Shown here: positions 1 through 11,670 of the stretch, piece after piece
Numbering within the stretch: the stretch's first letter is position 1
Layout: every line of letters begins with the position of its first letter
Position numbers and translations under genes: made by a program
From: Chiloscyllium plagiosum
Taxonomy: Eukaryota
NCBI RefSeq assembly: GCF_004010195.1
Contig: NC_057719.1
Span: 50,916,913-50,980,912, forward strand
Direction of reading: 5' to 3'
DNA: 64,000 nt
The notes under the pieces: model-generated
Seen by the model: the letters and a program-made list of their open reading frames with translations, nothing else
What the model was told of the DNA's origin: nothing
The model's database searches: none

Positions 1-297
1 GTTTTCTGCTTCATTGATACAGTTGTTTTTCTTGACTTCCCTTGTTCTAACTTTCCCTTCATTTTATTTCTTAAACATCCAGTTTGTCCCCTATCCCCGC
101 TACTTAGTTTAAACGTAGCTGTGTTGCAGTAGCAAACCTGCCTGCCAGAATGCTGGTCCCCAACCTATTAAGGTGCAAACCATCTCTCTTGTATAATTTA
201 TGCTTACCACAAAACATACCCCAGTGATCCAAGAATTTAAATCCTTGCTTCCTGCACCAGTTCCCCAGCCACACGTTCAAGTCCATTATCTCCCTGA
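1..297 (-). mobile_element. CR1-type LINE ORF1 fragment (SGNH/esterase domain)
   Basis: Translates to LNVWLGNWCRKQGFKFLDHW...LYKRDGLHLNRLGT, the DGLHLN esterase motif typical of CR1 ORF1. Confidence 0.85.
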
Positions 298-299
298 AT

Positions 300-625
300 A
301 ACATAACCATACAGCAGAAGAACAAACCCATCTGCCTCCCATGTCTGTGCTGATCATGGTGCCATTCTAAATTAATTCTATCTGCACATTGCCCATATAC
401 CATCTCATACCTGCCTATTTACATGTCTTGAAATGCCTCTTCAGTGTTGCTAACATATCCGATTCTACCACCTCCACTGGCAGCATGTTCCAGACACCTG
501 CCCACTCTCTGAAAAAAATAAATTTCTCACATACCTCCTTTAAACTCTCCCACTCTTAAACCAATGTCCTCTAGTATTTGATATTTCTACCCAACAATCC
601 ACCCTATCAATGCCTCTTATAATTC
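300..625 (-). mobile_element. CR1 LINE 3' fragment
   Basis: Reverse complement of the CR1 ORF2 C-terminus and tail seen in other copies (e.g. 22623-23070). Confidence 0.7.
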
Positions 626-2399
626 TATATGTGTCTGATTTCCTTTAATTAATTCAGCATAAGAAATATAGTTCACCAGAATAGTTGTTGGACTTCTAGC
701 ATCCAATTCTGATCATACTGTAAAAACAATCTTGAGTCTGTTATTGATGGGATAAGAAAAATCCAGGCAGCAGTCAATTGAGCGATAAGAACCAGTATCA
801 TCCTTAGGGCAAGGTGAGATGTGAAAGAAGCTGCAAAGCCTGAGGCTGTTTCTTCAAGTGGCTATCATTGACATGGCCTGAGGAGACACACTATAGATGC
901 GGTGTGATATTGATGCTCAGCTGAATTTCCACCTTCACCAATTGTTCCCTAATCTAGTGTAAAGAATCATATGCAATTCAGACAGGTTCATATAATGGAC
1001 AGATGATCTGTCTGCAATAATATCAGCTAGAGTAGTAAAGGTGAAAATCTACCCTAAGTAGATTCACAAGGAAATGCACTTTGCTTTAATCCAGCCTTAA
1101 AGGGTTATAATGTTTCTAAAGTAAAGGAATATCAAGGTCTTAATTACTTGTTCTAGATACATATTTTAGTTTGTAACTCAAGTAGATGTTACTTTCTCCT
1201 TTCCAACGCATCTACGCTCAGCATTATTAGAATGCCCGTACTGTGGGTAATCAGCTTAGATTTTCAATTTGAATATGGGCAATTTGTGGTGTATGTCTAA
1301 TGCACCAGGGCTTCAGCTGGAACTATACATACATATTTTCCAGTGGAGCACTGCAGCACTTTAATTTGAAACAGGATTTGAGCCTTAGACTGAAGATGCA
1401 GTGTGCTGCTATTTAACTTGCTACCCAGTCTCAAAATATATATTGCATGTATTTTCAAATAGTTTGCAGTAAAAATGTAATCCAATATCACACAATATCA
1501 GTATTTAAACCTCAAATTTTTGAATAAACTTAATTTACATCAGATAAATTACAACAATTCTCTTACATTTTTATTTTTCACACTCTAACTTTAAATAAAT
1601 CTCCAGGGCATCAATCTCCCTTGTAAAGACTTTAATATTGATTCAATTAAATGTCAAACAGTACTTTGGCTTCACTAATGTAAAACTGAACTTGAGTACA
1701 ATGAATGCTGCTACGCCCTAGATGGCAAAATTCCTCTTCCACATAAAATTATTTTATTGTGTAATTACATCACATCTGTTGTTAAGTTCTTTTTATTACA
1801 GCATTTTTTGTATATGTGGTGATTTTGTCAGTGTGAATGTCTGCATCCTTTCATCTTGAACCCACTGCAATAGTAGTAGGACCTCAATCACCTAACCTGA
1901 CTGTATCTTTTGATATTTGTAACCAAGCACGATTATACTAGGCTTTCATTTCATCACACATTACAGCATACAAATTTATAAACTGATTTTTCAGAAATAA
2001 TACAAAAGGGTATTATTCAGCTTGAGTAATTGAACAGTCAGATGATTGACATACGGATAATTGATTCTGCACTGTTCCTGCACTCAAATTTATAAAAGGA
2101 ATTTGACTTCACTAGCCTGTGGTAAAAATAAGATGTGATGACTCTGTTTTCTATTATTGTACACATATGTGCAAATTAAAATCATACATTTCACAGATTT
2201 CCAAAACACAAAATCTTGTTAAACTCCTTGACAACAAAAATACTTTATGTTTAGGCCAGTTATCTAACTCGTTCTCATCAAGGAACTCAAATGTTGCTCA
2301 ACAGAATATCACACTCTGGTCTCATGAATGTCACTCTGAGTTACCCAGATATGCTGCATGCTTAAACAAGAAAATTATCTTTCAGAGGAAAAACATTAG

Positions 2400-3830
2400 C
2401 TCTTAGTAGAGTTGTGATAGTAAAACACTTGATAAGTTCAATGTAATCAGGTAGAGTCATTGAAAGGGAAACCATATTTGACAAATTTGACATATATGAC
2501 AACATGTGCTGTGGATAAAGGGGAATTGCTGGATGTACTGGTTTTAGATTTCCAGAAGCATATTATAAGATGCCAAATTAAAGGTTATTATGGAAAATAG
2601 AAGTTCGTGGATTAGGAGGTAACGTATTGGAATCGATAAGAGATTATGTTAGCTTTCACAAAGCAGAGAGTAGGCATAAATGTGATTTTTTTTTCACGTC
2701 GTCAAGATGTAACGAGTGATGTGCCATAGGGATTGGTGCTGGGATGTCAATTGTTTACAACTTATATAAATGACATAGATGCAAGAACAGAAGGAATCAT
2801 TGCCAAATTCACTGATGACACAAAGACAATAGGAATGTAAGTTGTGAAAAAAACATGAAGCTACAAAATATATAGATAGGTGAAGGTGAGTGATTAAAGT
2901 ATATTATTTAAATGGTATAAAGATTGTAAAATCCTGAGATGCAAGTGTGTCCTTATGCATGAATTACACAAAATTGTATACAGATAGTACAAGTAATTAA
3001 GAAAACTAATAGAATATTATAATTTATCACAAGGGGAATGGCGTACCAAGGGAGGAAGGTTATGCTTGACTTATAAAGGACATTAATGAGTCTGCATCTG
3101 GAATACTGTACACAGTATTAGTCACCTTATTTAAAGAAGGATACTAATATGTCGGAGGCAGTTCAGAGAAGGTTTACTAGACTAATACTTGAATTAGATT
3201 AGATTACTTACAGTGTGGAAACAGGCCCTTCGGCCCAAGAAGTCCACACCGACCAGCCGAAGAGCAACCCACCCAGACCCATTCCCCTACATTTACCCCT
3301 TCATCTAACAGTATGGGCAATTTAGAATGGCCAATTCACCTAACCTGCATGTTTTTGGACTGTGGGAGGAAACTGGAGCACCCGGAGGAAACCCACGCAG
3401 ACACGGAGAGAATGTGCAAACTCCACACAGACAGTTGCCTGAGGCGGGAATTGAACCTGGGTCTCTGGCTCTGTGAGGCAAAGGTTGGATGGGTTGGTTT
3501 GAATCTGCTGGAGTTTAGAAGAGTAATAAGTGACTTGACTGGAACATATTAGGCACCAAGTGGTCTTGATGGGGTGAACATGGATAGAAGTTTCCTCTTG
3601 TGTGAGGATCTCGAGCTAGAGACCTTTGTTTTAAATCAGGCGTTGCCCACTTTAAACAGAGATTAGGCTTTATTTTCTCTCAGAAGGTTGAGTCTTTGAA
3701 ACTCTTTTCAGTTGAAGGGTTATCAAAGGTAGCAGGATTACAGATTTGCATTGACAATCAGATTAACTATGATCATACCAACTGGCAGAGCAAGCTCAAA
3801 GGGCTGAATGACCTGCACCTAGTCCTAATT
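2400..3830 (+). mobile_element. Decayed CR1 LINE (RT and 3' end), interrupted by a SINE
   Basis: Degenerate motifs LDFQK, VP*GLVLG, YINDID, KFTDDTK, HLEYC and VQRRFTRLI. Confidence 0.8.
3195..3481 (-). mobile_element. HE1-type shark tRNA-derived SINE
   Basis: Reverse complement of the SINE at 10462, with (tagat)n tail and the core gtggagtttgcacattctc...ggtttcctcc. Confidence 0.9.
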
Positions 3831-4695
3831 TATACATTTGTACGGTTCGTACTTAATCATTTTGCATAATCATTTTCATATTACAAACCATTGTCAGATT
3901 TCCCCACAAGTCTGTTATCTGGCTAAAGTGGAGGTTCGAAGCCTGCCTATTGTGTGGAAGTCTTTCAGCTGTGATTTTCCCCAGGTTGGCTACTCTGGCC
4001 AGATGGCAGTTCATCAGTCTGATTGTATGGAAGGTGGGTGAGCTCTCAAAGCAAGGGGACCATTAGCAGGCTCTCCCATTTGAAAGAACAGCAAACTACC
4101 TTTGCATAGTAAGTGAGGAAGAGGCCACAACAAGATTGAGGCATCCTCTCTCTAACTTCTTAAAGTTTACAATAAAAAAACTAAATCAGTACCCAGCATT
4201 GTGGATTGGATGGGAGTTGGTGCAGGAAATGGAACACTTCCACAACTGCAGTGGCTGCACTCGATGCCAAGAGGCTGCCATTCAAATTCTACTCAGCAAT
4301 CCATAATGTCACAGTGGACATATTGGGCCCTAAACAAGGAGGATTAGCTAATTATTGCTTACAGTCAGGTAAATCTGTGCCCTCATTCATGCTATCCTAC
4401 CTCTTGGAAAATGGCCCTGGCACCTGATGGGATGAAGATCGGGGTGGTTGGCTTGCTAGTTGGCAGCAGGAGATTTTACATTTGCTTGCTTTCCTCAGGT
4501 TTGCTGTTATTTTTTAATATATCAGTTAAAATCCAACATTAAGTTTAACGGTCTGAATGAATTCATAACAGCTGTAGTATTGCACAGACATCATTTAGGG
4601 TTAGAATCTCGTTTCTGACTAAGATGTCATCGGTACATAAAAAGCCTTGGAAAAAGTTACTTAACTATCATGTGACTTGTTGCAAATTTCCTCAG

Positions 4696-4783
4696 GATGA
4701 TGACATACCTGCGATGGAGCAAAGACCAGCAACTGCAAGAGTGATAAAAGTTCAAAGTAGAACTCCAGATGCCATAGAACAAA
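4696..4783 (+). CDS. KIAA0586: Internal coding exon, probably TALPID3/KIAA0586 C-terminal region (DDDIPAMEQRPATARVIKVQSRTPDAIEQ), phase 0 to phase 1
   Basis: Acceptor tttcctcag|GAT and donor AAA|gtaagt bound an open 88-nt frame. The peptide resembles my recollection of the human segment [27 protein letters not shown]. It is phase-compatible with the terminal exon at 58625. Confidence 0.7.
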
Positions 4784-6246
4784 GTAAGTCAATTTCATAA
4801 ATCTCTTAAGCCTGGAGCCTGGTTGCTGTGTTGCGTCTGCCGACTGAAGCAGCTGCCAACAGCAGCAGTGCCATACTTGGATGCTGTTATTCAAGGCTTT
4901 TGAAAAATTGGCTGAGAGCCTTTTAAATTTAAGGGAGTTTCTCGAGGAATATATGGTCGAAGCTTGTTTTCTCTTTTTCAGGAGCAAAGACTTCATCTTG
5001 AAACACATGAGGCTGTTTCAAACTGCACAATCTAGTTTGCTCAGTTATAAAATTGCTATTAGTGTCTCACAGTTAATTCAAAGCTAAAATGTGAACAATT
5101 TATTTTGTATTTTAAGAAAATTAAAATGCAATGACTGTGTTTGTTTTTGCAGCATTTACCTTTCATTTCTGACTCGAATTGCAAAAATAATAAATAATTA
5201 TATAATGTGCAGAAATGCCTGTAGAAATCCTGGAAGGATTATACAATTTCCAACCAAGTGTGAAAAGCTCATGAATTTATTCATCACTAAGATTGAGACT
5301 CTCTATGCGACTGCCTGCATTGCATCATTTCTTTCTCTTTTCCGAGAGTCCCTTACGTCCTGAAATGCCATCTGTCTGTCTCTCATATTTCTTGTTATAC
5401 TGAACTGTGATGCTGAACTGAAGGTAATATCTGGCTAATGGTCCAGAAATCCTAACAGGCATATTGAATCCATGACTATATGACCTGAATATTCTTGAAT
5501 ATGGAGATGTCCAGCCAGAAGGAAAATAGTATCACAGTCCTGCTTTTAAAGGTTTTGGCCCCAAAACTAGCAACAAACATTTTGCAAGGAATGGGGTGGA
5601 ACAGATGTGGGAACAGAGATAATTTGTAGTTTGCACATCCATCGCTCATGGAGGCAACTGCACCTGTTAAAGTGCCTTTAGTGAAATCCAGTTTTTGCAT
5701 ATAAGATATCCAAACCAAGATTCATGTAGTTTTGACTTAGGGTGAAGTCTAAAGCTGCTGCAATTCTTTAGAGGATATAGGGAATCCAGTTGGAGAGCTG
5801 GGTACAGTTTTGGATAGATCCAGAAATACCTTTCAGAGACATTGGAAAAACTGGATAAACTCAATGGAACTGTGAACATATGAAGGCACTTAAATGTTCT
5901 AGACTTTACATTTAACAAAAAACTGTCGAGTAAAAGTAAATCTGTGTTTGCTGTTTCAATCTCTGTTGACATAAGCCTGAAGGATATTATTGTAGGATTT
6001 GTGCTTCATGACTGATTTGATAACCTTTCATTATCACATAGTGACTATCTCTTCTCAGTTTAATTGTTATCAGTGAGATTATGAATAGAATTGCTTGTAA
6101 GAAATTAAGTTGAAGCTAATGGCAGTGAATGGGTCAATGGAAGTTTTTTTTTAAAGTAGTGACTTCATGGATAGACATTTAGAACATTATCTTATTTCAC
6201 CTAATTATAGGTCCATGAAGAATACTTGAGTTAGCATGAGGTTATA

Positions 6247-6770
6247 GACCATAAGACATAGGAGCAGAATTAGGCCATTTGGCCCCCCAAGTCTTCTCTG
6301 TCATTCAATCATAGCTGATATATTCCTTAACACAATCTCCTGCCTCTGCTTGCAGCATTTGATCCCCTTACCAAGAAAGAACCTATCTACCTCTGTCTTA
6401 AATACTCTCCATAACTTAGCCTCCACAGTCCTCGGTGGATTCATCACTCACTGGCTGAAGAAATTCTTCCTCATGTCAATTCTAAAGGACCATCCCAACA
6501 CTCTGAGGCTGTGCCTTTGGGTGCTAGTCTCTCCTCTTCTCCAGGTCCACTCTATCCAGGCCTCTCTGTATTCCGAAAGTTTCAATCAGATCCATCCCCT
6601 CCCATTCATTCTAAGCTCCAATGTTTACAGACCCAGAGGCCTCAACCACTCCTCATATGACAAGTCCTTCAACCCAGGGTCATTCTTGGAAACCTCTGGA
6701 TCTCCAAGGCAGAACATTCTTCCTTAGAAATGGGCTCAAAACTGCTTACAGTATTCCAAATGCCAGAGCC
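6247..6770 (-). mobile_element. CR1 LINE 3' fragment
   Basis: Tail ccataagacataggagcagaattaggccatt followed by reverse-strand ORF2 C-terminal sequence. Confidence 0.7.
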
Positions 6771-6825
6771 TTAAGGTCTGGATTCAAGGCTATGGGCCAA
6801 GTGCTGGTAAATGGGATTATGGGAA

Positions 6826-7530
6826 GGCGATGGCCTAGTGGTATTATCACTCGACTATTAATCCAAAAACCCAAAATAATGTTCTGGGAACCTGGGTTTG
6901 AATCCCGCCTTGGCAGATGGTGGAATTTCAATTCAATAAAAAAATCTGGAATTAAAGGTTGACTGATGACTACGAAACCATTAGAGAAAGTGAGGACTGC
7001 AGATACTGGCGATCAGAGTCGAGAGTGTGATGCTGGAAAAGCACAGGAGGTCAAGCAGCATCTGAGGAGCAGGAGAATCGACCTTTCGGGCATAAGCCTT
7101 TCATTAGGAATGACCATGAAACTATTGTCAAGTGTCGTAAAAACCCATCTGGTTCACTAATGTCTTTTAGGTAAGGAAATCTGCCTTCCTTACCTGGTCT
7201 GGCCTACATGTGACTCCAGAGCCACAGCAATGCCATTGACTCTCAACTGCCCTCTGAACTGGCCTAGCAAGCCACTCAGTTTTATCAATTGCTAGAAAGT
7301 CACAAAGAAATGAAACCAGACGGACCACCTGGCATCGACCTTGGAACCGGAAAAGACAACAGTAAAAACACTGTCAAATTCCTTTCCTACCAGCATTGTG
7401 GGTCAATCCACAACAAGTGGACTGCACTAATTCAAGAAGGCAGCTCACCGCCACCTTCTCAATGGCAAATAGGGATGGACTATCAATGCTGGCCAGCCAG
7501 TGATGCCCTAGTCCCTCAAATGAATAAAGA
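6826..7530 (+). mobile_element. tRNA-derived SINE (second family) with a LINE-derived tail, interrupted at 6983-7109
   Basis: A-box-like tggcctagtgg and B-box-like ggtttgaatccc. The 3' tail caccttctcaatggcaaatagggatgg...atgctggcc is shared with 20205-20545 and the LINE end near 63200. Confidence 0.75.
6983..7109 (-). mobile_element. 127-bp Penelope-derived mini-element with a decayed hammerhead core
   Basis: Flanked by imperfect 17-bp direct repeats atgactacgaaaccatt (6966-6982) and atgaccatgaaactatt (7110-7126). Same sequence as the Penelope termini at 32120-32235. Confidence 0.8.
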
Positions 7531-9924
7531 AAAGAGTTTTTCTTTACTTAGAATCCCTACAGTGTGGAAACAGGCCATTCGGCCCAGCATGTCCATACCG
7601 ACCTTCGAAGGTCAGGTATTTCTCACGTGTCAGTGCAGACGCGATGGGCTGAAAGGCCTCTTCTGTACTGTCTGATTCGATGAGTATTTCCATTTATCAC
7701 AGGCTTCAATAATGATGTCCCAGCTCTCCAGGAGCTGCCAAGCAGAAGTTGGCAGCCTCTGGGTCCTAAAGGCAGTTTGTCGAGGCCTACTCCTCCACAA
7801 TCCAACAGCAAGAAGGTTCGTCGTTTTCATTTGCTTCATGCAGGTCGGGAATTGTAGAGAGTTGCTTTGTGTATTAGAGACATGAGTAGAAGTGTGGCTT
7901 TTAAAGGCCGTAAGCTGGGACTGACTACCCCTGAATGGGACAGTTAAAGGCTCCTCCCCCAACCCAGCATGCATGTCGATGTGGTTACCCAGTCACTTTA
8001 TTGCCCAAGACAGCAGCCAATGACGGATGTTGCAGTTGAGGTCCTTATCAGGTTCAGAAAGTCCCCAGTGGACCTCCTTGTCTAAACCTGTTGAGAAGGG
8101 GATGAGTATCTCTCCAGTGTCATCACATTCATCAAATGGAAAATTCCACCCTTGATGTATCCAGGTCGTTGCAACCTGGCCTCTCTGGCCCCTGACAACC
8201 CAGAAGGCTCTGGATAAGTCATTTTCTTTAAATTACAGTGGGTCCACAGCCATGTAAAAAAAAATGGATCTGCACATTTAAATCAATTGCCATTTACTCA
8301 GGGGGAAAGAAATAGAATTGCTGAACATTCTCCGGAGCTTCATTGCAAACATATGTGATTCTTCATCCACAGAGGTGTGTTTTCCAAATTTCCAACTTTG
8401 GAAACAGTAGCTAATTGTTATTTTTTCATTTCTATCTCTCTGCTGTAGGACATTGAGATCAATTTGATTCTGGCTGAAATGATGAATCAGCAGAGGTCAG
8501 AGATTGAAATGGGACCTTTCTGACTTTTTATATCCCTTTTCTGCTCCAAATGCAGAATTTATTTACTGATCCAGCTAGAAGTTCAATCTATTCTCGAAAA
8601 GGAATTTCAGAGTTGCAAGCTATTTCAAATTCTTAGATGGACAAATCAGTTAACCTTCGCTTGCCTCGGTGCAATATAGTGCAGCTGATCCTATTCCAAC
8701 ACTAAGATCTGATGCCTGAATACCCTGAACTCATTAAAATGGCTAGTTGGATAAAGACTTGTAGGCCTCGTGCTGTAAAACCAGAAACACCATACTGAAC
8801 GAAGAAGGGCAAAATCCCTTGAAACTCAGTAGCAAAATAGTTCAAATGCATGAACTTTGTAGAGGACAATTGACATACAGAGGAAAGTAAACATTCTGAA
8901 AATGCCTTTTAAATGTGTATCACCAATGTAAATCTCGCATTACAAAGGTCACACCATGGCTTTTTTTGATCAGAGTACTTGAAACTGAACAGTTTAAAGA
9001 ACAAAAGCAAATCCAGGGGAACAGCAATGGCTAAGCAGTGGATAAAATTATTTACTTATAAAATATATAGAAATATCATTGTAATTTTAAAATTAGGGGA
9101 AGAGGATTCTTCTGCTAGAAAATTGCTGGAAGAATGGAGGAACAGGTGCTGTTGAGGACAGGAGCCAAGTAAGAGAGGGTGGGTAGAGTCCCCACCATTT
9201 TCCCGTTGACAGGGAAGTAAGAGGATAGCCAATTGAGCCATTTGAGTAGCCAGTTATGGTTGTCATCTACATCTGATGGCATTTTGCTGGTGGTAGGTTG
9301 GCCCTTTACCATGTCAGGAGATAGCCTGTCAGCCCCTTGGTTAGGATAAGCCCAGGCTCTGCCCAGAGTGATAGTAGTGGCCCGTCACCTGTACTTAGCA
9401 GCCCACACTACCCTGCCAGGGACTACCTGACTGTCCCTGGCATCCTGCACCACAACCTTCCTGGCACACATACTATACTGAGGTAGTATATTGAATCAGC
9501 TGTGGAGGTTCAGGGCTATTAATTATCACTTATGTAAGTCATTATACATTTCAAGTTTTTATCATTCTCACTAGTATTCTGCTTGAAAATTGCGTCACAA
9601 GCAGTACATACAAAAAGCACTATATTGTAATAACCCGGTTTGTTCACTGGAGAGCAGTCTGCAGAAGATTAAAATTTTCCATTGCTATTTTCTAAATCAC
9701 CACAAGATGGCAGCTGTTGTCAACCATACTGTGGTTTACAGTAAAAAAAACAGCAAACACTGAATTGTGGGACAGAAGAAGGGTTTTAAAAACTAGTGCT
9801 GAGGAAATCTTAAAAGCTGATACCACCAACTTTGTGGCTTTCCAAATGCATTTCTTTTGTATGTTTTGTCACTGTACATTGCTTATAATTTCCTCCCAGC
9901 AGTGTATCAGGTGTAAAATCAACT

Positions 9925-10062
9925 AGGAGAAAGTGAGGACTGCAGATGCTGGAGATCAGAGCTTAAAAACGTGTTGCTGGAAAAGCGCGCTAGAAAAGGA
10001 TTCCTGAAGAAGGGCTTATGCCCGAAACATCGATTCTCCTGTTCCTTTGATGCTGCCTGACC
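9925..10062. mobile_element. Penelope-derived mini-element with inverted ends and a hammerhead core (about 9998-10036, + strand)
   Basis: Contains CTGAAGA-a-GGGC-ttat-GCCC-GAAAC-ATC. Flanked by degenerate direct repeats tatcaggtgtaaaatcaa and tatctggtgtaaaacacaa. Confidence 0.75.
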
Positions 10063-10461
10063 TATCTGGTGTAAAACACAATTCCCAAAATAACTGACTG
10101 CTGTACAGCTCATCTGCCACAGAACTTCAGTTTATATCAAAGTAATAGCATTTATCATTAGTTCTGAAAACAAGGATACGCCTAGTAGGTCACAGGTCTG
10201 TGATTCTTGGCATTTGCAGGTCTAGGTCTTGCTATGCTCTTAAGAAGACAAGCTGAATGGGGAAAACTACATAAAAGTAGTCTGATCAGTCTCATGGGCC
10301 TCTCTGTGTTTGACTCTAGAGGGCACTTAATCGAAGTCTTTGTGCATGTAACCTGCTTCTCATTTTAGTTGTGGAATACATGAGAAGAAACATGAATACA
10401 GGAGTAATACATAGAGCCAAGAATGGAAAAGCAGAATATTTTTCAACATATTGTAATGCAA

Positions 10462-10780
10462 GGGGCGGCACGGTGCCTCAGTGATTAGCACTGCTGCCTC
10501 ACAGTGCCAAGGACCCAGATTCAATTCCAGCCTCAGGTGACTGTCTGTGTGGAGTTTGTGCATTCTCCCCGTGTCCGCGTGGGTTTCCTCCAGGTGCTCC
10601 GGTTTCCTCCCACAATCCAAAGATGTGCAGGTTAGGTGAATTGGCCATGCTAAATTGCCCATAGTGTTAGGTGCATTAGTTAGGGCGGGGTGTGGGTTAG
10701 TCTTCGGAGGGTTGGCGTAGACTAGTTGGGCCGAAGGGCCTGTTTCCACACTGTAGGGAATTTAATCTAATCTTAATCTA
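10462..10780 (+). mobile_element. Full-length HE1-type SINE
   Basis: tRNA-like head ggggcggcacggtgcctcagtgattagcactgctgcctcacag, B-box-like gattcaattcc, conserved body and (aatct)n tail. Confidence 0.92.
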
Positions 10781-10954
10781 AAACATGTCTTTACTAAAGA
10801 CATTAAAAAATGTTTGAGAATTACAAAAGTAGATAGGAGAATGGATTTTATTTCATTTATACATATTTTTGGAACTACTATTTAATACATAGCATTGTAT
10901 AATTACTATAATATTAATTTTATATGGTAATTTTGGATAACGGCTTGAATTTTT

Positions 10955-11260
10955 TTGATTAGATTCCCTACAGTGTGGAAACAGGCCCTTCGGCCCAACA
11001 AGTCCACACCAACCCTCCGAAGAGTAACCCACGCAGACCCATTTCCCTCTGACTAATGCACCAAACACTATGGGCAATTTAGCATAGCCAAATCACCTGA
11101 CCTGCACATCTTTAGACTGTGGGAGGAAACCACACCACCCGGAGGAAACCCACGGAGAGAATGTGCAAAATCCACACAGACAGTCACACAAGGCTGGAAT
11201 CGAACCTTGGACCCTGGTGCTGTGAGGCAGTAGTGCTAACCACTGAGCCACCATGCTGCC
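10955..11260 (-). mobile_element. Full-length HE1-type SINE
   Basis: Reverse complement of the 10462 family along its whole length. Confidence 0.92.
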
Positions 11261-11384
11261 ATTTACATTACACTTTAATATTTATCTTTGAAGGGTCTAA
11301 TCATTTCAACATAGTGACTTTTATTGGTAAATTTGGTAGCTGTATTTTGCACAGTAAGATTCATAACAATGAAATGAGACACTA

Positions 11385-11670
11385 ATTGATCTGTTTTTGT
11401 TAGTGTAAATTGGGAAAGAATGCTGGTTAGGGCACAGGGATAATTTATTGCTTTTCTTTGAATAATCTACATTGAACTTTAGTTTTCCACTTGAATCACC
11501 AAGGCAAGCAAATGAAACCCTTAAAAATCACCTAATTGCCAGAACCTCCAATAGTATACTATTCTTGTCACTGCTGTGTTGTATTGGAATGTTAGCCTAT
11601 TGGACGTGTTCACATTTCATAGCTCTCTCATTTCTAAATTGGAAGGGCAAGAGTTACTGATGAAGCTGTG
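11385..11670 (-). mobile_element. Ancient Deu-domain (SacSINE1/AmnSINE1-like) SINE remnant
   Basis: Highly diverged match by eye to the Deu-SINE core. Related tails (acaacagtg..cacttcaaa...aaagcactttg...tgaggtggtgaaagg.gctat) occur at 12395-12500 and 60225-60400. Confidence 0.5.

Noticed and set aside
7690..9480. GC-richer patches with Harbinger-like ends (also about 3890-4540 and 35440-36080)
   Set aside because: They are probably ancient non-autonomous DNA transposons, but I could not pair TIRs or TSDs reliably.
10462..10535. tRNA-like sequences at SINE heads
   Set aside because: They continue into SINE bodies and lack a full cloverleaf; they are not tRNA genes.
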